DNA of 63,633 bases, filler included, from Neolecta irregularis DAH-3 (lineage: Eukaryota): the NCBI GenBank assembly GCA_001929475.1. It is 18 parts of 18 records of this genome, joined end to end, with 100 filler letters (N's around TTAATTAATTAA, not from the genome) between each part and the next. Parts side by side here need not be neighbours in the genome. Positions count along the whole stretch, not along the records: positions 1 to 7,255 come from LXFE01001635.1; positions 7,356 to 13,331 come from LXFE01001636.1; 16 more parts are not named here. The stretch is one strand, 5' to 3'. Under the pieces are notes generated by a model, which worked only from the letters and a program-made list of their open reading frames with translations, was not told where the DNA came from and did not search any database. The translations under genes were made by a program, and so were the position numbers. Below, one piece after another: positions 1 to 13,153 of the stretch (position 1 is the first letter of the stretch; each line of letters opens with the position of its first letter).

Positions 1-66
1 GGAGATATCCGGGGCACTCGCCATGCATCAGAAACACGCGTAACTCATGCAAGTATTATTGAATCG

Positions 67-992
67 CTAATCGAGAACTTTACAAACAGGAACTCTATGG
101 GCCGAACAGGCAGTGTTGAACTCTGACGTTGGCAAATTCTTAAGATCTTCGCTGACGTTGAAAAAAAAGCAAGTGTTTTGAACAGACATGATCGCATCCT
201 GTGTAGGCGGACCAGCAGACCAGAGTGTGTTTCCATTACTCCACATGTTCAGCTTAACAGTACCAGCTACATATCGTCAACCCAGACTCAACCCAAGGAA
301 CTAGTACGTGTATGTTCAGTATTAACTCTGATAGTGCGCTCACGCTGTCCATCCGCAAAGAAGGTTGAACTTTTAGGCAGCCAATCGAACCTATATCTTA
401 CGAAATTGGTCCAAGGATTGGGTAAGACATTCGTGAACTGAGAGCCTCGTACAATAGGTTGTTGTGTATAATGGACGGCGCGGGTTGTAGGATCCTTTGT
501 GAGAATTTCAACATCAATTTCTTGAGTATCGTTCTGTCCGATCAGTTCCGGGTTATTATTAATCCATACGTAATAATAGAAGAATCCTGCACACGCACCT
601 GAAACAGGCTGCACTTTGAATGTAGATCGAAAGCTTCCATAAAGTATATCAGCTCTGACCGTGGATATTTCGCCACATAGTATTTTTCCCCGACCAGTAT
701 ATGCACTCACTTTGAGATTTAGTGATTTATTCTGAAAATAGACATTCTGGGGAAGAAACTGACGACCGATAGTAACTGTTCGATTGCCTGCGGCAACGTT
801 GCCATTGCTCCAATTAGAAATAGTCCATTGGGAAGAAAAAGAAGAATATGTAACATTTGTCATAGAAGGCGCGGTGAAATCTGAGTTCAACGTGTGTGTC
901 CAGAGCAATCCATTCGCTGTTTTGTATCCACATTCGCAGATAGCTTGTGACAGCTGGCTAGCCAGCGAGAAAACGATGAATATGAGAAGCAT
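67..992 (-). CDS. Secreted glycoside hydrolase family 16 protein (2 introns)
   Basis: Signal peptide MLLIFIVFSLASQLSQA; GH16 motifs YGSFR, GFFYY and catalytic QEIDVE. After a second intron the frame continues LNMWSNGNTLWSAGPP...CKVLD* to TAG at 67-69. In-frame 36-nt intron at 534-569. Confidence 0.85.
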
Positions 993-1227
993 AAATGCAG
1001 ATTATGGCTTGAAAGGCCTTCTTATAAATATTGTACGAATCGCCGGAGTGGGAATGAATGAATCATCGAGAATGTTTGGTGGAAAATCGAGATTCAGATC
1101 GTTTTGCCACACCGCCTCTGTATCTGCTTCCTATCCGATCGCATGTCATTGCCTCCTTTTGTCACAAGTCATATAAATTTTGTCGCCTCGATTTGATTTA
1201 ATTCCTTTGCTTTGTCGTTCTTTTACA

Positions 1228-2256
1228 ATGACACGCTTGACAAGATCAAAGTTTTTCGCAAATCGTCCAAGTCCGGGAAACTCCGGGAACAGATTACCAT
1301 TCCGGGACGATGATGGATCGACGAGTTACAATTCCGGAAAGATGGATCGACAGCCAAGCCCGAGTTCAGAAGTGAAAATCCTTACCAACACTCCGTTACC
1401 AGTCAAGAAATCAACTCCTCGAAAGCGCAAACTAGCCGAAAGTGTAATAGCACCTGATAACTGGGAGAGAGTATATGATGAAATCCGACTCATGCGAAAA
1501 AGCACCATTGCGCCAGTTGATACCATGGGATCCGACTGCCATTCACATAAAGATCCAAAAATTGGCCGATTTCACATACTTATTTCGCTTATGCTTTCAA
1601 GCCAGACCAAGGACATGGTCAACGCCGTAGTTATGGATCGATTGAAAGAACGAGGTTTGACGGTTCAATGGGTTTTAGGTGTTTCCGAAGCCGAGTTGGA
1701 TGAAGTCATCTACCCTGTCGGATTCCACAGACGAAAAGCTGGGTATATCAAAAATGCTGCAGTTATTCTAAGGGAGAAATATAACGATGATGTTCCGCCT
1801 ACTTTTGAAGAAGTTTTGAAATTACCAGGAGTTGGGCCAAAAATGGGAGTCTTGTTGATGCATTCTGCTTGGGACCAGTATGTTTTTACAAATCGTTCTT
1901 CTTACTTTAGAAATATTGGTATTGGGGTTGATGTTCATGTCCATCGTATCTCGAATCTTTTGGGTTGGGTTTCTACAAACACCCCTGAAGAAACCCGTCT
2001 ATGTCTTCAGTCATGGCTCCCTCCAGACCGTTGGCGAGAAATCAATCACTTGCTTGTTGGGTTTGGCCAGGTCATCTGTCTTCCTCGAGGACGAAAATGC
2101 GAAGAATGTCGACTGAGTAACGGCTTATGCCCGTCCGTCTCATTCAAACCAAAAAAGACAAGACGTGCAGAAACAAGGAAGCAAATCGATCGTGTTACGG
2201 AAGAGAAAATCAAGATTGAATTGCCAGATGTAGAAGATCTTGGGAGATTCATTTAA
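1228..2256 (+). CDS. NTH1: Endonuclease III-like DNA glycosylase/AP lyase (HhH-GPD, 4Fe-4S)
   Basis: LMLSSQTKD, HhH LPGVGPKM, VDVHVHRI, Fe-S motif CLPRGRKCEECRLSNGLC. 33-nt in-frame intron at 1878-1910. Start uncertain (first ATG 1228). Confidence 0.93.
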   Translation: MTRLTRSKFFANRPSPGNSGNRLPFRDDDGSTSYNSGKMDRQPSPSSEVKILTNTPLPVKKSTPRKRKLAESVIAPDNWERVYDEIRLMRKSTIAPVDTMGSDCHSHKDPKIGRFHILISLMLSSQTKDMVNAVVMDRLKERGLTVQWVLGVSEAELDEVIYPVGFHRRKAGYIKNAAVILREKYNDDVPPTFEEVLKLPGVGPKMGVLLMHSAWDQYVFTNRSSYFRNIGIGVDVHVHRISNLLGWVSTNTPEETRLCLQSWLPPDRWREINHLLVGFGQVICLPRGRKCEECRLSNGLCPSVSFKPKKTRRAETRKQIDRVTEEKIKIELPDVEDLGRFI

Positions 2257-3199
2257 GTTTATCTACCTCGACTTTTCTTCGTACTTCAAGCTTCCAATGC
2301 ACAGAGCTTCCAATTGCGAGGATTCTGGATACCTTTCCTCAACTTCCTGTTCACTATATCGAAGCTCGATGCCACTTTCCATGCCCATCGGCATTCAGCG
2401 CTCACATTGATTCATAGAGCTAGAGTCAAACTAAACCTTTTCTAGTTATTTCACAGAGTTCGCAACCCTTCATTCCCTGAATTAGGTTGAATATTAACAA
2501 ACTTGATAAATGTACATCGCTCAAAGTTGTCCAGCTTGCATCAAGTAATTTTGCATAAAGCAAAAACTAAAGGTAACAGCACAATTGGAGGTTTCTTTGC
2601 TGATTCTTCAGGTTGTTCAAGGAAATCATAGTAGGCGTAAAATGCCCTTGTAATACCGAGAACAATTATTAAGCAAGCGTTCTGAATAATGAATCTAGCT
2701 TTTGTGAGAACAATGCAAATCCAATTTCCGATCTACAGGCTTGCAGAGTCTCGACCGGGCCGGTGTTCTAGAACTTGTTCAACGTTGGATAAGGGGATTC
2801 TCAGCTGACCTGTTTTTATTGGCTGCATCCCCTTGGCCTTGTATTTCTAGTTGCGTGAGTGAATTATGATATATTGAGTGTTGCGCCTTCCACCATGCTC
2901 CCCCTAGATTTTGCATACGCACTCCTTGCTAAAGGGTAGCCTTACCTCAGAACCCCATGATACTCGAACGAGGGTCTTGAAGGATATTGTGCTATTGAAG
3001 GGAAAAGCCGGGATACGAAAAGTTCACGTCGACATGGCACGTGCGGGCGGGTTACCTGAGTGAAGGCGAGCCTTGGCTCGCCACAAGTTCTGCTTATCTG
3101 CATCTATCCTCCTGTGCAGCCAATTCTTCTATATCAGTTTGTGCTCTTTTCAGTCGGAAAGGACTCCTTTGAACCCTTTGGGCTGAGATCCGGCTCATT

Positions 3200-6100
3200 A
3201 TGGATACTCAGTCTAGCGCAGACGTTGGCAATACAAATAAGCCAGGAATTGACTTTGATGGTATCCTCGCGACGCTTCAGAACCTTAGCCCGAATGACCA
3301 ACGGCGAATCATGGCCGCGATGTTCCAGCCACAGCAACCGATACCGACGGTAGCAACTGCAGCTCCTACGGATTACCGAGAATATGTAGAGAACCGTTTT
3401 GTCGAACAGCAACTAAATGGTCAGAGACCATCTGATGGTCTTCAACATTCTGTAAATCAACACATGGTACATCATCCTCAATACCAGGCCCTACCAAGTC
3501 ACCAAACATCGAATTATATTTATGATCGAGGCCGTACGTTTTCTTCGAAAGGAAATGTCCCTCACCACGTTTCGTCGAGTGGACAACCTGTTACACCGCA
3601 TCTGTTGAATCGACCAGTTTCGACTGATTATGGAAACAATGCGCTAGCTTCTCAGAACGTACAACGACACCAGCAACAATTTCCAAGTATTCGACATCCT
3701 GGCACTCGACCATTTAAATCTCAAGACATGCAGCCGGCCCAAAACACAAATAAACCTTCATCTCTTCCACCTCGACGGACCTACAAGGCGTGTAATCCAC
3801 ATGCAAGTCAGATATCTCAGCAGCCTTCGGCTCAACTATCGCAGAGCGCGGATACTATGCGGCAGCAAAAGATTGTCTTTAGTCCCCTTGCCCAAATGCA
3901 GCCTCAAATTTGGACGATGGCCTCTAAGGCCCGTGGTGGTCGTGAACCAACTCTGCCGAGTCAATCTCAAGGTCCAGCGATTCCGCCATCAGAGGCATTT
4001 CGTCGATCGTATAATGCATCGCAACTTGCAATAGGACAACCTGCGAATTTCAATCCTTCAGTTCGAGTTTCTCCCCATGTAATGCGACCAACTGTCCCTC
4101 CTGTTCGACCGCAACCAATTCATACCGTTCGTCCTCAAAATGTCGAAACTAGTCATACTTCCCTTCCTCCGCCTTTTCAACAAACTCCTATTCAAAACTA
4201 TCCTGTTCAGCAGCCCGAGCGATCGTGGCAACCGTGGCATCTTTCTATACTCACCATGACCGCTGTATTTTTTTCGCGTGGAGAAATTGATCCCCAAGTC
4301 ATGCATCATAAAATAGCTCGATACGTGCATGAAAACCCCACGATGACATTAGAAGAACTTGTGGTTCTCATGCAAGATATGAACATCAACATCAACTATC
4401 AATCTGCACTGTATGCACTAACGACAACTCCATCGGAGTTTAAAAGTCTTGAAAAGAAGGCACTGTTAATGCGACAAAGTGTTCTTGTTCGTCAGGCGGA
4501 AGAGCGAAGCAGGATTCATCAAGGGAGCGAACCAGTCGTTTCAGTACCGGTTGGTCTGCAACCTAAACAACCCCCTCCGCGAGAAATTTCTCCCTTGAAT
4601 CTGGGTGGCGTCACCGCAGTGGACATCCTTTATACTTCTGGTTCTCTATACGATATATGGAGTAAGAAGAAGATGAATTCTGGACTGGATTGTTTGAAAA
4701 AGATCTTGCCTCCTGATACAGATTTATCGACGATAAATTGGGATGTTCTTGATCCGCCAAGCGGAAAACCTGCAGAACCAAACGCAATTGCTGCATATAC
4801 GATCGATTATTCCCTCTTTTCTAAGAGATTTGAGAAATTAAAGAGTCTAGGTCCTGTTGCAAGGATCGTCGAGATAGGAGGTTCTCCAAGAGTTGCTGAC
4901 AAAAGCGGTTCTAAACCCTCGGTTGTTGCAACGGCTAGTGATCTACGGGCTATACGGAGAGACTCGGAGGATGGCCGTAGTGATCCCGTGGTAAACGGCG
5001 AATGTTTGCAGACTCCTGGTCTGTTGAACCAGCCTGATTTGCCGGCTCGTGTACAGGTACCCAAGGCGGTCGAGACACATATCGCGCCATCCGATCCAAC
5101 GGTCGAGATTCCTTTCGACTCGGATCCAAAACCTCCATTTTCAAACTTGCAATCGCTTATTCCCATGGAAGTGGACGATCAGCCACCGCTAGTGATAGAT
5201 GAGGCTCCTGTCGAGGTTAGTAGAGGTGCTAGAGGTATACTATTGTTTCACATAATCGTCAGCTAATATTTGGAAGAAAACGTTGTTCAAAATACATCTT
5301 TTACGGATCTCCGGAGCGAGACTAATATTGCTCATGACTATGGAGCGCAGAGTACCATTTTGACGAAAAGCCACCTTGCTAACAGCCAGCTCGAAAAAAT
5401 CAATCTCTCAACGGGATCTCTGATAGCAATGTGGAGATGGTATCGATGTCAAATGTTGGGTCGTCTGGAGTCATTTCAAAAGTGAAATCATCGAATGCCA
5501 TATCTGGGCTTCACTCTGATGATAAATTTTTGCATTGGCATTGTCCTGGTCAAGGTATAATGGAAACGAAAGCGAATAACATGATAGATATTACAAGTCC
5601 ACTATTACAAATTGGACGTCGCAAGGCGCCCAGAGCTAGCAGGAAACGAAAAGCAAGTACGACAACTACACAAGGACAAGAACGGCGAAATCCAACGTCT
5701 ATGGTGATTGATTTAACTGGCGACGAGGACGGAGCTACAGAAACACAGAGAAAACAGGGANNNNNNNNNNAAGCTAGCAGGAAACGAAAAGCAAGTACGA
5801 CAACTACACAAGGACAAGAACGGCGAAATCCGACGTCTATGGTGATTGATTTAACTGGCGACGAGGACGGAGCTACAGAAACACAGAGAAAACAGGGAGA
5901 ATCGCCTTTGACAAGGGAAAATGAAATTCCGCGGTCATCGCAACGACAACAAAAACAAACGAGAAAACAGGGAGAAATGGAACCCTCTCTGACACCGGCG
6001 AATGACCCGCGGTCATCGCAACGACAACGACAACAAACAATCAAACAGGGAGAAACACAGAGAAAACATGAAGAAATGGAATCCTCTCTGACACCGGAGA

Positions 6101-6966
6101 ATGACCCGCGGTCATCGCAACGGCAACAAAAACAAACGATTAAACAGGGAGAAACACAGAGAAAACATGAAGAAATGGAATCCTCTCTGACACCGGAGAA
6201 TGACCCGCGGTCATCGCAACGACAACAAAAACAAACGATCAAACAGGGAGAGACACAGAGAAAACATGAAGAAATGGGATCCCCTTTGACACCGGAGAAT
6301 GAAATCCCGCGGTCATCGCAACGGCAACAAAATTACAAAATCTACGGGTGCGAATTCCGCAGATGTAGAGCGGAACTACACAGTTTCGAAACGCTGATGC
6401 ATCATATTTTCAAAGTGCACGGAACCGAGACATATCCGTCGCAGTCGCCTGAACCTGAGAAATGGTACTGCATGTGGATTGACTGTGCGTCTGTATTTGA
6501 ATCTCGGGGAGCATGGATCCAGCATATATCGCTTGAACATCTTCAAACACTGCGACAAGCATCGACTGTGCCATGTAGAGTTGACGGATGTGCGACGCCG
6601 TTGACTCCCGAGAACCAAGATTTGCATTATTTGACTGTTCATCCTGATTTTGCGAGGGACGAATGGAATGCGCCTGATGCGATTGGTTCGGAATTATACC
6701 AGACGCCATTAATTTCTGTCCAATCAGGCGATTCTCCGGACCCGTTCCAATCAACTCGGAAAAAAAGGAGTAGAAAGAGTTTTACACCGGGTCGGGTGTT
6801 GTGTGTGGCTGGCTGGAGCAGCGACTATGAAGACATTCTCGCTCCACTGCTCGGACCAAAAAGATCAGTATCTAGCGACGATCCAAAGCCGAAATCAACA
6901 TCTAGCGAATCGTCTCCTGTGCTCGCGGGACCTGGACCGTGGATGACGATCAACCAAGACCTCTAA
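3200..6966 (+). CDS. Large Gln/Pro-rich protein with three C-terminal C2H2 zinc fingers and internal tandem repeats
   Basis: Three ORFs joined by introns at about 5236-5277 and 5352-5389. Fingers CEFRRC..HIFKVH, CMWIDC..HISLEH and CRVDGC..HYLTVH; DLSTINWDVLDP motif; VIDLT SIM-like motif. A 10-N gap lies at 5761-5770. Confidence 0.7.
5900..6330 (+). repeat. Coding tandem repeat, about 117 nt (39 aa) unit, about 3.5 copies
   Basis: Repeated SLTPENDPRSSQRQQKQTIKQGETQRKHEEME. Confidence 0.9.
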
Positions 6967-7025
6967 TTGAAGACCTCTAATTCAAGACCTCTAATTGAAG
7001 ACCTCTAATTGAAAACCTCTAATTC
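6956..7025 (+). repeat. 14-nt tandem repeat x5 containing the stop codon
   Basis: aagacctctaatt[g/c] repeated five times. Confidence 0.9.
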
Positions 7026-7255
7026 TTTATTGCGAGTTGTGTAGCAGAGTATGATCGCGATAAATGTAATAGACTGTAATATCCAGTCGTCAACGGTATA
7101 ACGAGATAGTAATAAAGGGTTCGGCATGTGATATGAATAATGAATTGAGGCTATGATATCCGTGCTGCTATTATGATATCCTTGATATGATAATGTATTG
7201 CTATTATGATATCCTTGATATGAATAATGTATTGCTATTATGATATCCTTGATAT

Positions 7256-7355
7256 NNNNNNNNNNNNNNNNNNNNNNNNNNNNNNNNNNNNNNNNNNNNT
7301 TAATTAATTAANNNNNNNNNNNNNNNNNNNNNNNNNNNNNNNNNNNNNNNNNNNN
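7256..7355. other. Artificial contig-join spacer (first of 17)
   Basis: N44-TTAATTAATTAA-N44. Identical spacers start at 13332, 20885, 23476, 26949, 28852, 30163, 36167, 41217, 42364, 44482, 48089, 51863, 53287, 56430, 60974 and 62193. Confidence 0.99.
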
Positions 7356-7809
7356 AACGAGTTTGAATTGATGAAGGCAGATGAGTAAAGTGTCAATAAA
7401 GGCAATATTGGCACTGTAATTAACTTGTGGTTGGTGGCACCACGCGTATCATATAGATAGGGAAAAGCTATGAGTATGGCAGGGTGCAGTTTATGAGATG
7501 ATATAAGAGATTAGTATTTGACGATATCTGCTAGACAGAAATACTCTCAATGCAGACCCTATTCTAACTCTATTCAAACTCCATGCAAGGTCTTTTGGAA
7601 GCTCAACAATAAGGAAAAGACTTAAATGTGGAAATTTCACATAAGCTTTGGAGAAGATTGGTAAGGTTATGGAACTTTTCCTATTGACTTGGGCATGATG
7701 GTTCCGAATCAGGAGCGAGTAGTACTGAAGAAAGTAGAGTTCCTTGTTAAGAGATTAATTCTTTGTACCGAATATAAATTTCAATGTTGAATGCCTGGTA
7801 TCTTGAAAA

Positions 7810-9734
7810 CTAAGCTGGATAGTTTAGAACAAGGGATTGAGTTGAAAACATACTACTTTCTCTAATCACAAGGACAAGATTCTCCCATCCTGTTGAATGT
7901 CTCAACAGTTCATAATCTTCAATCTTTTTACTTTGTACAACCCGCCCAAGAGCTTCTTCTTCACTCTAGAATATTAATTAATTACAATGAAAGTATGATA
8001 CTTTCTCCAAGATTCCCATTCCCTTGATGAAAACAAGGAAATGGAAATCGGAAATCCTCTTGATAATCTCCTCTGTGATAGCACCACTTCTCACTCCAAG
8101 CGTCTTAGCAACATGACTAAGCTCCTGAGATTCGCCAAAGGTTTCTCTATTCTCAATAGGAAAGTCTGTAACAAACATGGCTTTAGGTTCACTAGGAAAT
8201 CCGTGCGTCAAACTTGCCAAAATGTAGTCGACCGGGAAGGCTGGTCTGGCATTTTCTTGAACTTGTACGTTATACTTATTTCGCCTTCGGTAGAATACTT
8301 CGGGTATATATCGATCATCCTCTTCTGGACAGACAAGGAGTTGCGAGGGGTCGGTACTTGGTTCGATGATGTCTGCTTCAACCATTGCCATGCCCGTATT
8401 CGAGATTTGATATGCTGACATTTCGATTCCTCCCTCGAGATTTCCAGAAATTACCACCGATACGAATTTTGAGCCAAAATAGCCCGTTTCACTCATTCTC
8501 GAGACATTTTTGTGAGAATTCTGCATTTTTGCACTAAATACAGCTTCAAGTGACGATAGAAAATACGAATCGATATGACGTTTGCATACGACTTTTGAAT
8601 CGCCGGCATCAGTCAAATCCGACCAAATCATTCCGACTTTTGTGAGTCCACAGCTCTGCGCTATAGAATCTATAGCATTTTCGTTTTCCCATGGCAAATG
8701 AATCTGTAGACCGTCTGTTTCGTTACGTTGAGGGGGTTCGTAGATTGTTTCAACGACTGCTTTTATTCCAAGAGGAACTTTATCATAAGGCTCGTAGCGC
8801 CCGTAGAGAAATCCAAAGCGTTGATGAGCTGATTTTCGCCAGGTATCGATGAATCTGTCAATGATCGAAGGGGCTGAAATCTCTACGTGATCGACCATTC
8901 GAAATGTCTAACAATTCAAGCTCAGAAGAGAGCTAGTGGAGTACCTGGGATTGCATGGTGATAGCACCAGGTTGACATTTCGAACAAATACCTTCGGGCC
9001 AAGGCGGATGACCAGAAGGGCAATTCTTTTTCACTTTGAAGTCCATTTCGCTTAATGGGGGAATGAAGGAAGTCCCCGAAGCATACTTATTCGTATGGGT
9101 ATTGAGCATTTTTAAGTAAGCATGAAATGACATGTGTTTAATCTTTTGGTCGTCGAGGTATTTTTGGTCAAAGGGCTTAATGGTCGATTAAAGTTTCAAT
9201 CAGAAAAACCACACCTCAAATGGAATGCAATGGTCGCACATTCCCTTCTCATTATGTTTGCACATTCGGTGATCGCGACCTCGGGGTATCTTTCCATCTT
9301 GTTTTTCGAGGAAATCGTCAACCGCATCCTGTTCTATTGAGATATGAGACTTCAACAGCTGCACATTGGGCAAAGGGAGGGTATGATCAAATTCTGGGTG
9401 ATGTTCCTCTCCCTGAACTTCCGAGTAGATCAGAAAGAATAAATCACCATGCCTGACATCAACCCGAAACCTTGTAAGATTACACGCGTACTTGAGGCCC
9501 ATCGTACTGATCTTTCGACCTTTTAAAGTTGTTAAAAGCTGACCTGGGTTCCCTGATGGGTGTGTTGAGATGGTCACAGCCCCAATTGGGACAAATTTGA
9601 GCTGCTCTTGAATCTTTTGTAAGTACGAAATGAATGAGAATGAAAGATACCATTTGAACGAGAAGCGCAGCGTCGTCGTTTGCCTCAATCTGAACCCTGA
9701 ACATTCCATCTCTGCTTCTGAAGCGGAGAAGCAT
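7810..9734 (-). CDS. NPL4: Nuclear protein localization protein 4 (Cdc48/p97 cofactor), 6 introns
   Basis: [13 protein letters not shown] start; [12 protein letters not shown] and [18 protein letters not shown] zinc fingers; [28 protein letters not shown]. Confidence 0.95.
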
Positions 9735-9878
9735 GTCTGTCTGTATTGAATCGATATATCACTTTGTAATAGTGGCAAGTCCCAGCTGGCTCAATCCCAA
9801 TGCAGAAGGTCACAGAACTATTACTGTGGTTCACTTGCGCTCTCCACCAACCACCTTCGATCTAGTAACGACCTCGCT

Positions 9879-10567
9879 ATGGCTACATCAGTATTTGTCC
9901 CTATTATCTACGTGATCGTGCTCATCTCAACTCTTGCTGTGTTCTCTCACTTTTATAGGCGTAGAAAAGACGGTATATCCCCCTCAGCCATCTTTGAACT
10001 CGTCGCTGACTGTCATCAGCAAGTCAGTTATACGAGCCCTGGTTTCCCACACATCGCTCGCGAGATCTTTATTTATCGCTTTTACATCAAGAGCCTTCTC
10101 CCCCGTCAAAGTTGCTGAAAGCAGCTCTTCTCCGTGTTTGTCGAGTGTTGTAATATCAACTAAAGAAATAGAGGGCCGTCGAAGATGTTCGCCGTTTGCA
10201 AAAGCTTCGCGAAGGAAAACAAGCGCTTCAAACCCTTCTCCAATCTGGTTCCATTGGCGACCATTTGTGGACTGAATTCCAAATCGCCGAGAAACAATTT
10301 CAAGCCGAGTTAATGGATGTTGTTGCCGAAGCAAATGCAATGTCGGAAAATTGGGGACAGACTATATTCGGTACAGCAAGCGAGATCCTACAACATGACC
10401 GAATCAAGGAAAGTCTGAACAAGATCAAGGATATTTCGGTTAAAGAGAACCAGCGAATCGTCAAAGAGAAACTCGCTGATACAGGTAATCAGGCCAAGAT
10501 TGCGGAGACGTTGGAGAAATTGCAGAATGGAAATGGTTTGAAGATACAAGAGAAGACTAAGAAGTAG
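9879..10567 (+). CDS. SEC66: Sec62/63 translocon subunit Sec66/Sec71 (2 introns)
   Basis: N-terminal TM followed by FSHFYRRRK. Spliced reading gives EPWFPTHRSRDLYLSLLH, LLKAALLRRAVEDV, LLQSGSIGDHLW and DVVAEAN..WGQTIF. Confidence 0.88.
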
Positions 10568-11021
10568 CCAATACTGGCATAGTTCAGTATTAAAAGATCT
10601 TTGCCACAGTTTCATCAATCATAGAAGCCATTCATAGCTTTAGCGGTACGGGATACATTGAGGAGAGATATCTATCTTCAACTTTAAGACCATTAACTGC
10701 GATTTCTCCACCCCGCAGCTCATAACGGTAAACTGTGTATCGACAGGCATTATGTTTTGGGTCTCATGGCAGCCCACTTAACTCGATGATCTTTTTTGTG
10801 AAATGCCATGGATTAGTAGTTTTCTGCTGCAAGCATCACAAACAAACCAAAAAACTATCGGCCTCGATAAGGCTTCGAGCTTTTTTTTCTTTTCGGAGTC
10901 GAGTCAACTCTAGAAATTGTTCGTTTTTCTATCGGCAACTTCAAAACAGCAACAGCTCAAGTCATGTGACAAACCCCCACGACACCGTCATTCACGACCT
11001 CTTCGATCTATACATTAATCC

Positions 11022-12545
11022 ATGAATGACAACGACTTTGCCAGCATTAGCTGGGACCGTGAAGACATAGTTACAGCTCCCGAAGACAAACAGAAACCTC
11101 CTCGAGTTATCATTAGAAATTCCATTGAAGCCGAATATACCCTCACAACCAAAGTTTCCAATCCACAGAAGGAGGCTGATACCACCAAAGATGCATATAT
11201 AAGCTATCTGGTAGTGACCGAGGCATCTTTCTGCTGCTGCGCTTCGATCTGATGGTATCCAGTCAAATAATCCGCAATTCAAATGTTCGATTACACGCGT
11301 CCGTCGACGATTTACTGATTTCGTTTATCTTCATACATGTCTTGTACGCGATCATCCAGCATGCGCTATTCCCCCATTGCCTGACAAACACAAAATGGGT
11401 AGAAAAGTTTTGCTGATTGCACTCACCAGTACAGAATACATTACTGGTGATAGATTTGGTCATGAGTTCACTTCTCGCCGTTGTTCATCTCTCAATAGTT
11501 TCCTTGTCCGGTTAACCTTACACCCAACGATCAGGAGGTCCAAGATACTGCTACTATTTCTCGAAAGCGAAGATTGGCATCAGTATATGCGAGCTGGAGG
11601 AGTCAATTCGCGGAATAATAGCATTTCACCAGAAGGAGGTGTGATTGATGGCTTCATGGTCACCATAATGAATGCGTTCAGCCGGATTCATAAACAAGAT
11701 AAGCAGTTTATCGATGATAAAGCTCGTGCAGACAAATTGGGCGAGGATTCTGCGAATGTGGAGAAGATGATTCTGAAGATTGTCAAGAAGCAGATTGGTA
11801 CGTGGTCTTCCAAAGGCCCAAATATGCTGAGTGAAAGATCTAGCCACCGATTATAGCGATTTTGGAGTTCAGTGGGCAAAATTGGTGCCGTTAGAACCTG
11901 GGTTGGCCAGTGCAATTACTGCACTTTGTCGTTCGCTGGAAGAGATGTCAAAGTGCACACATGAGCTGGTATCTGTTATTACAGCGGTATATGCTTAAGA
12001 CGCAGCGTGACGAGATCGACACTACCTATCTGACATCGCTAAAAGATTTGTCTAATTACGTTGTTTCACTCAAAACTCTCCTAAAACAACGAGATCAGAA
12101 GCAGCTAGACTTTGAAAGTTTAACTGAATATCTCAACAAGCTCGTTCATGAACGCGATGGGCTCGCCAATGGTGTCACTGCTGGTGGTTTTCTTCGGGGC
12201 AAAGTTGAAGACTTGCGAGGCGTGGACCATGAGGCTGCTCGAAAAGAGCGGCTGAGAAAGCTTGAACTTCGGGTTAAAGAACTTACTGTTGCTGTTGAGA
12301 GCTCTCGAATGGAAAGCGAGGCATTTGATGAAGAATGTGTCAAGGAAGTGGCGGTGTTCGAGAAGATTAAGGAGAGGGAAATGAAACCTGCCTTGAATGT
12401 CTTGACGAATGGCCATGTTGAGTATTACAAAAAGGTATAATATTTTTCCAGATTTATATCTGACACTAAGGTCATTGATGAATGGAGCGGAGCTATTGAA
12501 AGTTTGGAGAAACTTTTGGCTGAGAATCATGAATCTGAAGGGTAG
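11022..12545 (+). CDS. SNX4: Sorting nexin-4 / Atg24 (PX-BAR), 5 introns
   Basis: TKDAYISYL, VRRRFTDF, IPPLPDKHKMEYITGDRF, LKQRDQKQLDFESLTEYL, GKVEDLRGVDHE. Confidence 0.93.
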
Positions 12546-12862
12546 TTAAAGCTTTGAGAACTGGTCTTTTTGTAGGAGGGCTATGCCAGGCGTTGAAACT
12601 TGAACAGGAGACATACTCTTTTTTAACGAAAGTTGTCACATTCTTATAGCATCTGTTATATACAACATTTAAACACAAGCAAAGAGAGAATGTCCATGCT
12701 ATCCAGAAATCAACCAGCAAGAAAAGGCAACGACATACATACCATGCTAAAAACACGTCCCTATAAACAATAACTTGACGAACATGATGAATGTAGCAAC
12801 ACAAAAAGTAACCCTAGACGACAAGACAAAGGAGCAACAGGAAGCAAAATCTTGTGCTGAGG

Positions 12863-13153
12863 CTAATCGTCTGAGAATTCTTTGATATATTCTTCAGCTG
12901 ACAGCTTATTCAGACCGCTCATTTCGGCATCATCGTAGTTCGAATAGTATAGCTTGTCATCGTAAATACTGCTTGAGATGCTGGATTTTTCCGGATCTAA
13001 ACGAGAGATGTGGGTATTTGTAGACGATATCGTGCCCGACGGAGAAGTCGGCTCCAATACGGCGGCAGCTATTTGAGGAGACGAAGGCGATGAGGACGAG
13101 ATGCTTTTTCTGGACTTGCGCACTTTCTTGGTGAATGCACGGAGGAGAGTCAT
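12863..13153 (-). CDS. Small Ser-rich hypothetical protein
   Basis: 96-aa ATG ORF with an upstream TATA-like element and an acidic C-terminus (GLNKLSAEEYIKE). No family recognised. Confidence 0.45.
   Translation of the reverse strand: MTLLRAFTKKVRKSRKSISSSSPSSPQIAAAVLEPTSPSGTISSTNTHISRLDPEKSSISSSIYDDKLYYSNYDDAEMSGLNKLSAEEYIKEFSDD

Noticed and set aside
2256-2960. Possible multi-exon gene on the minus strand between NTH1 and the C2H2 gene
   Set aside because: Intron-like segments are visible, but I could not assemble a consistent reading frame or recognise a family.
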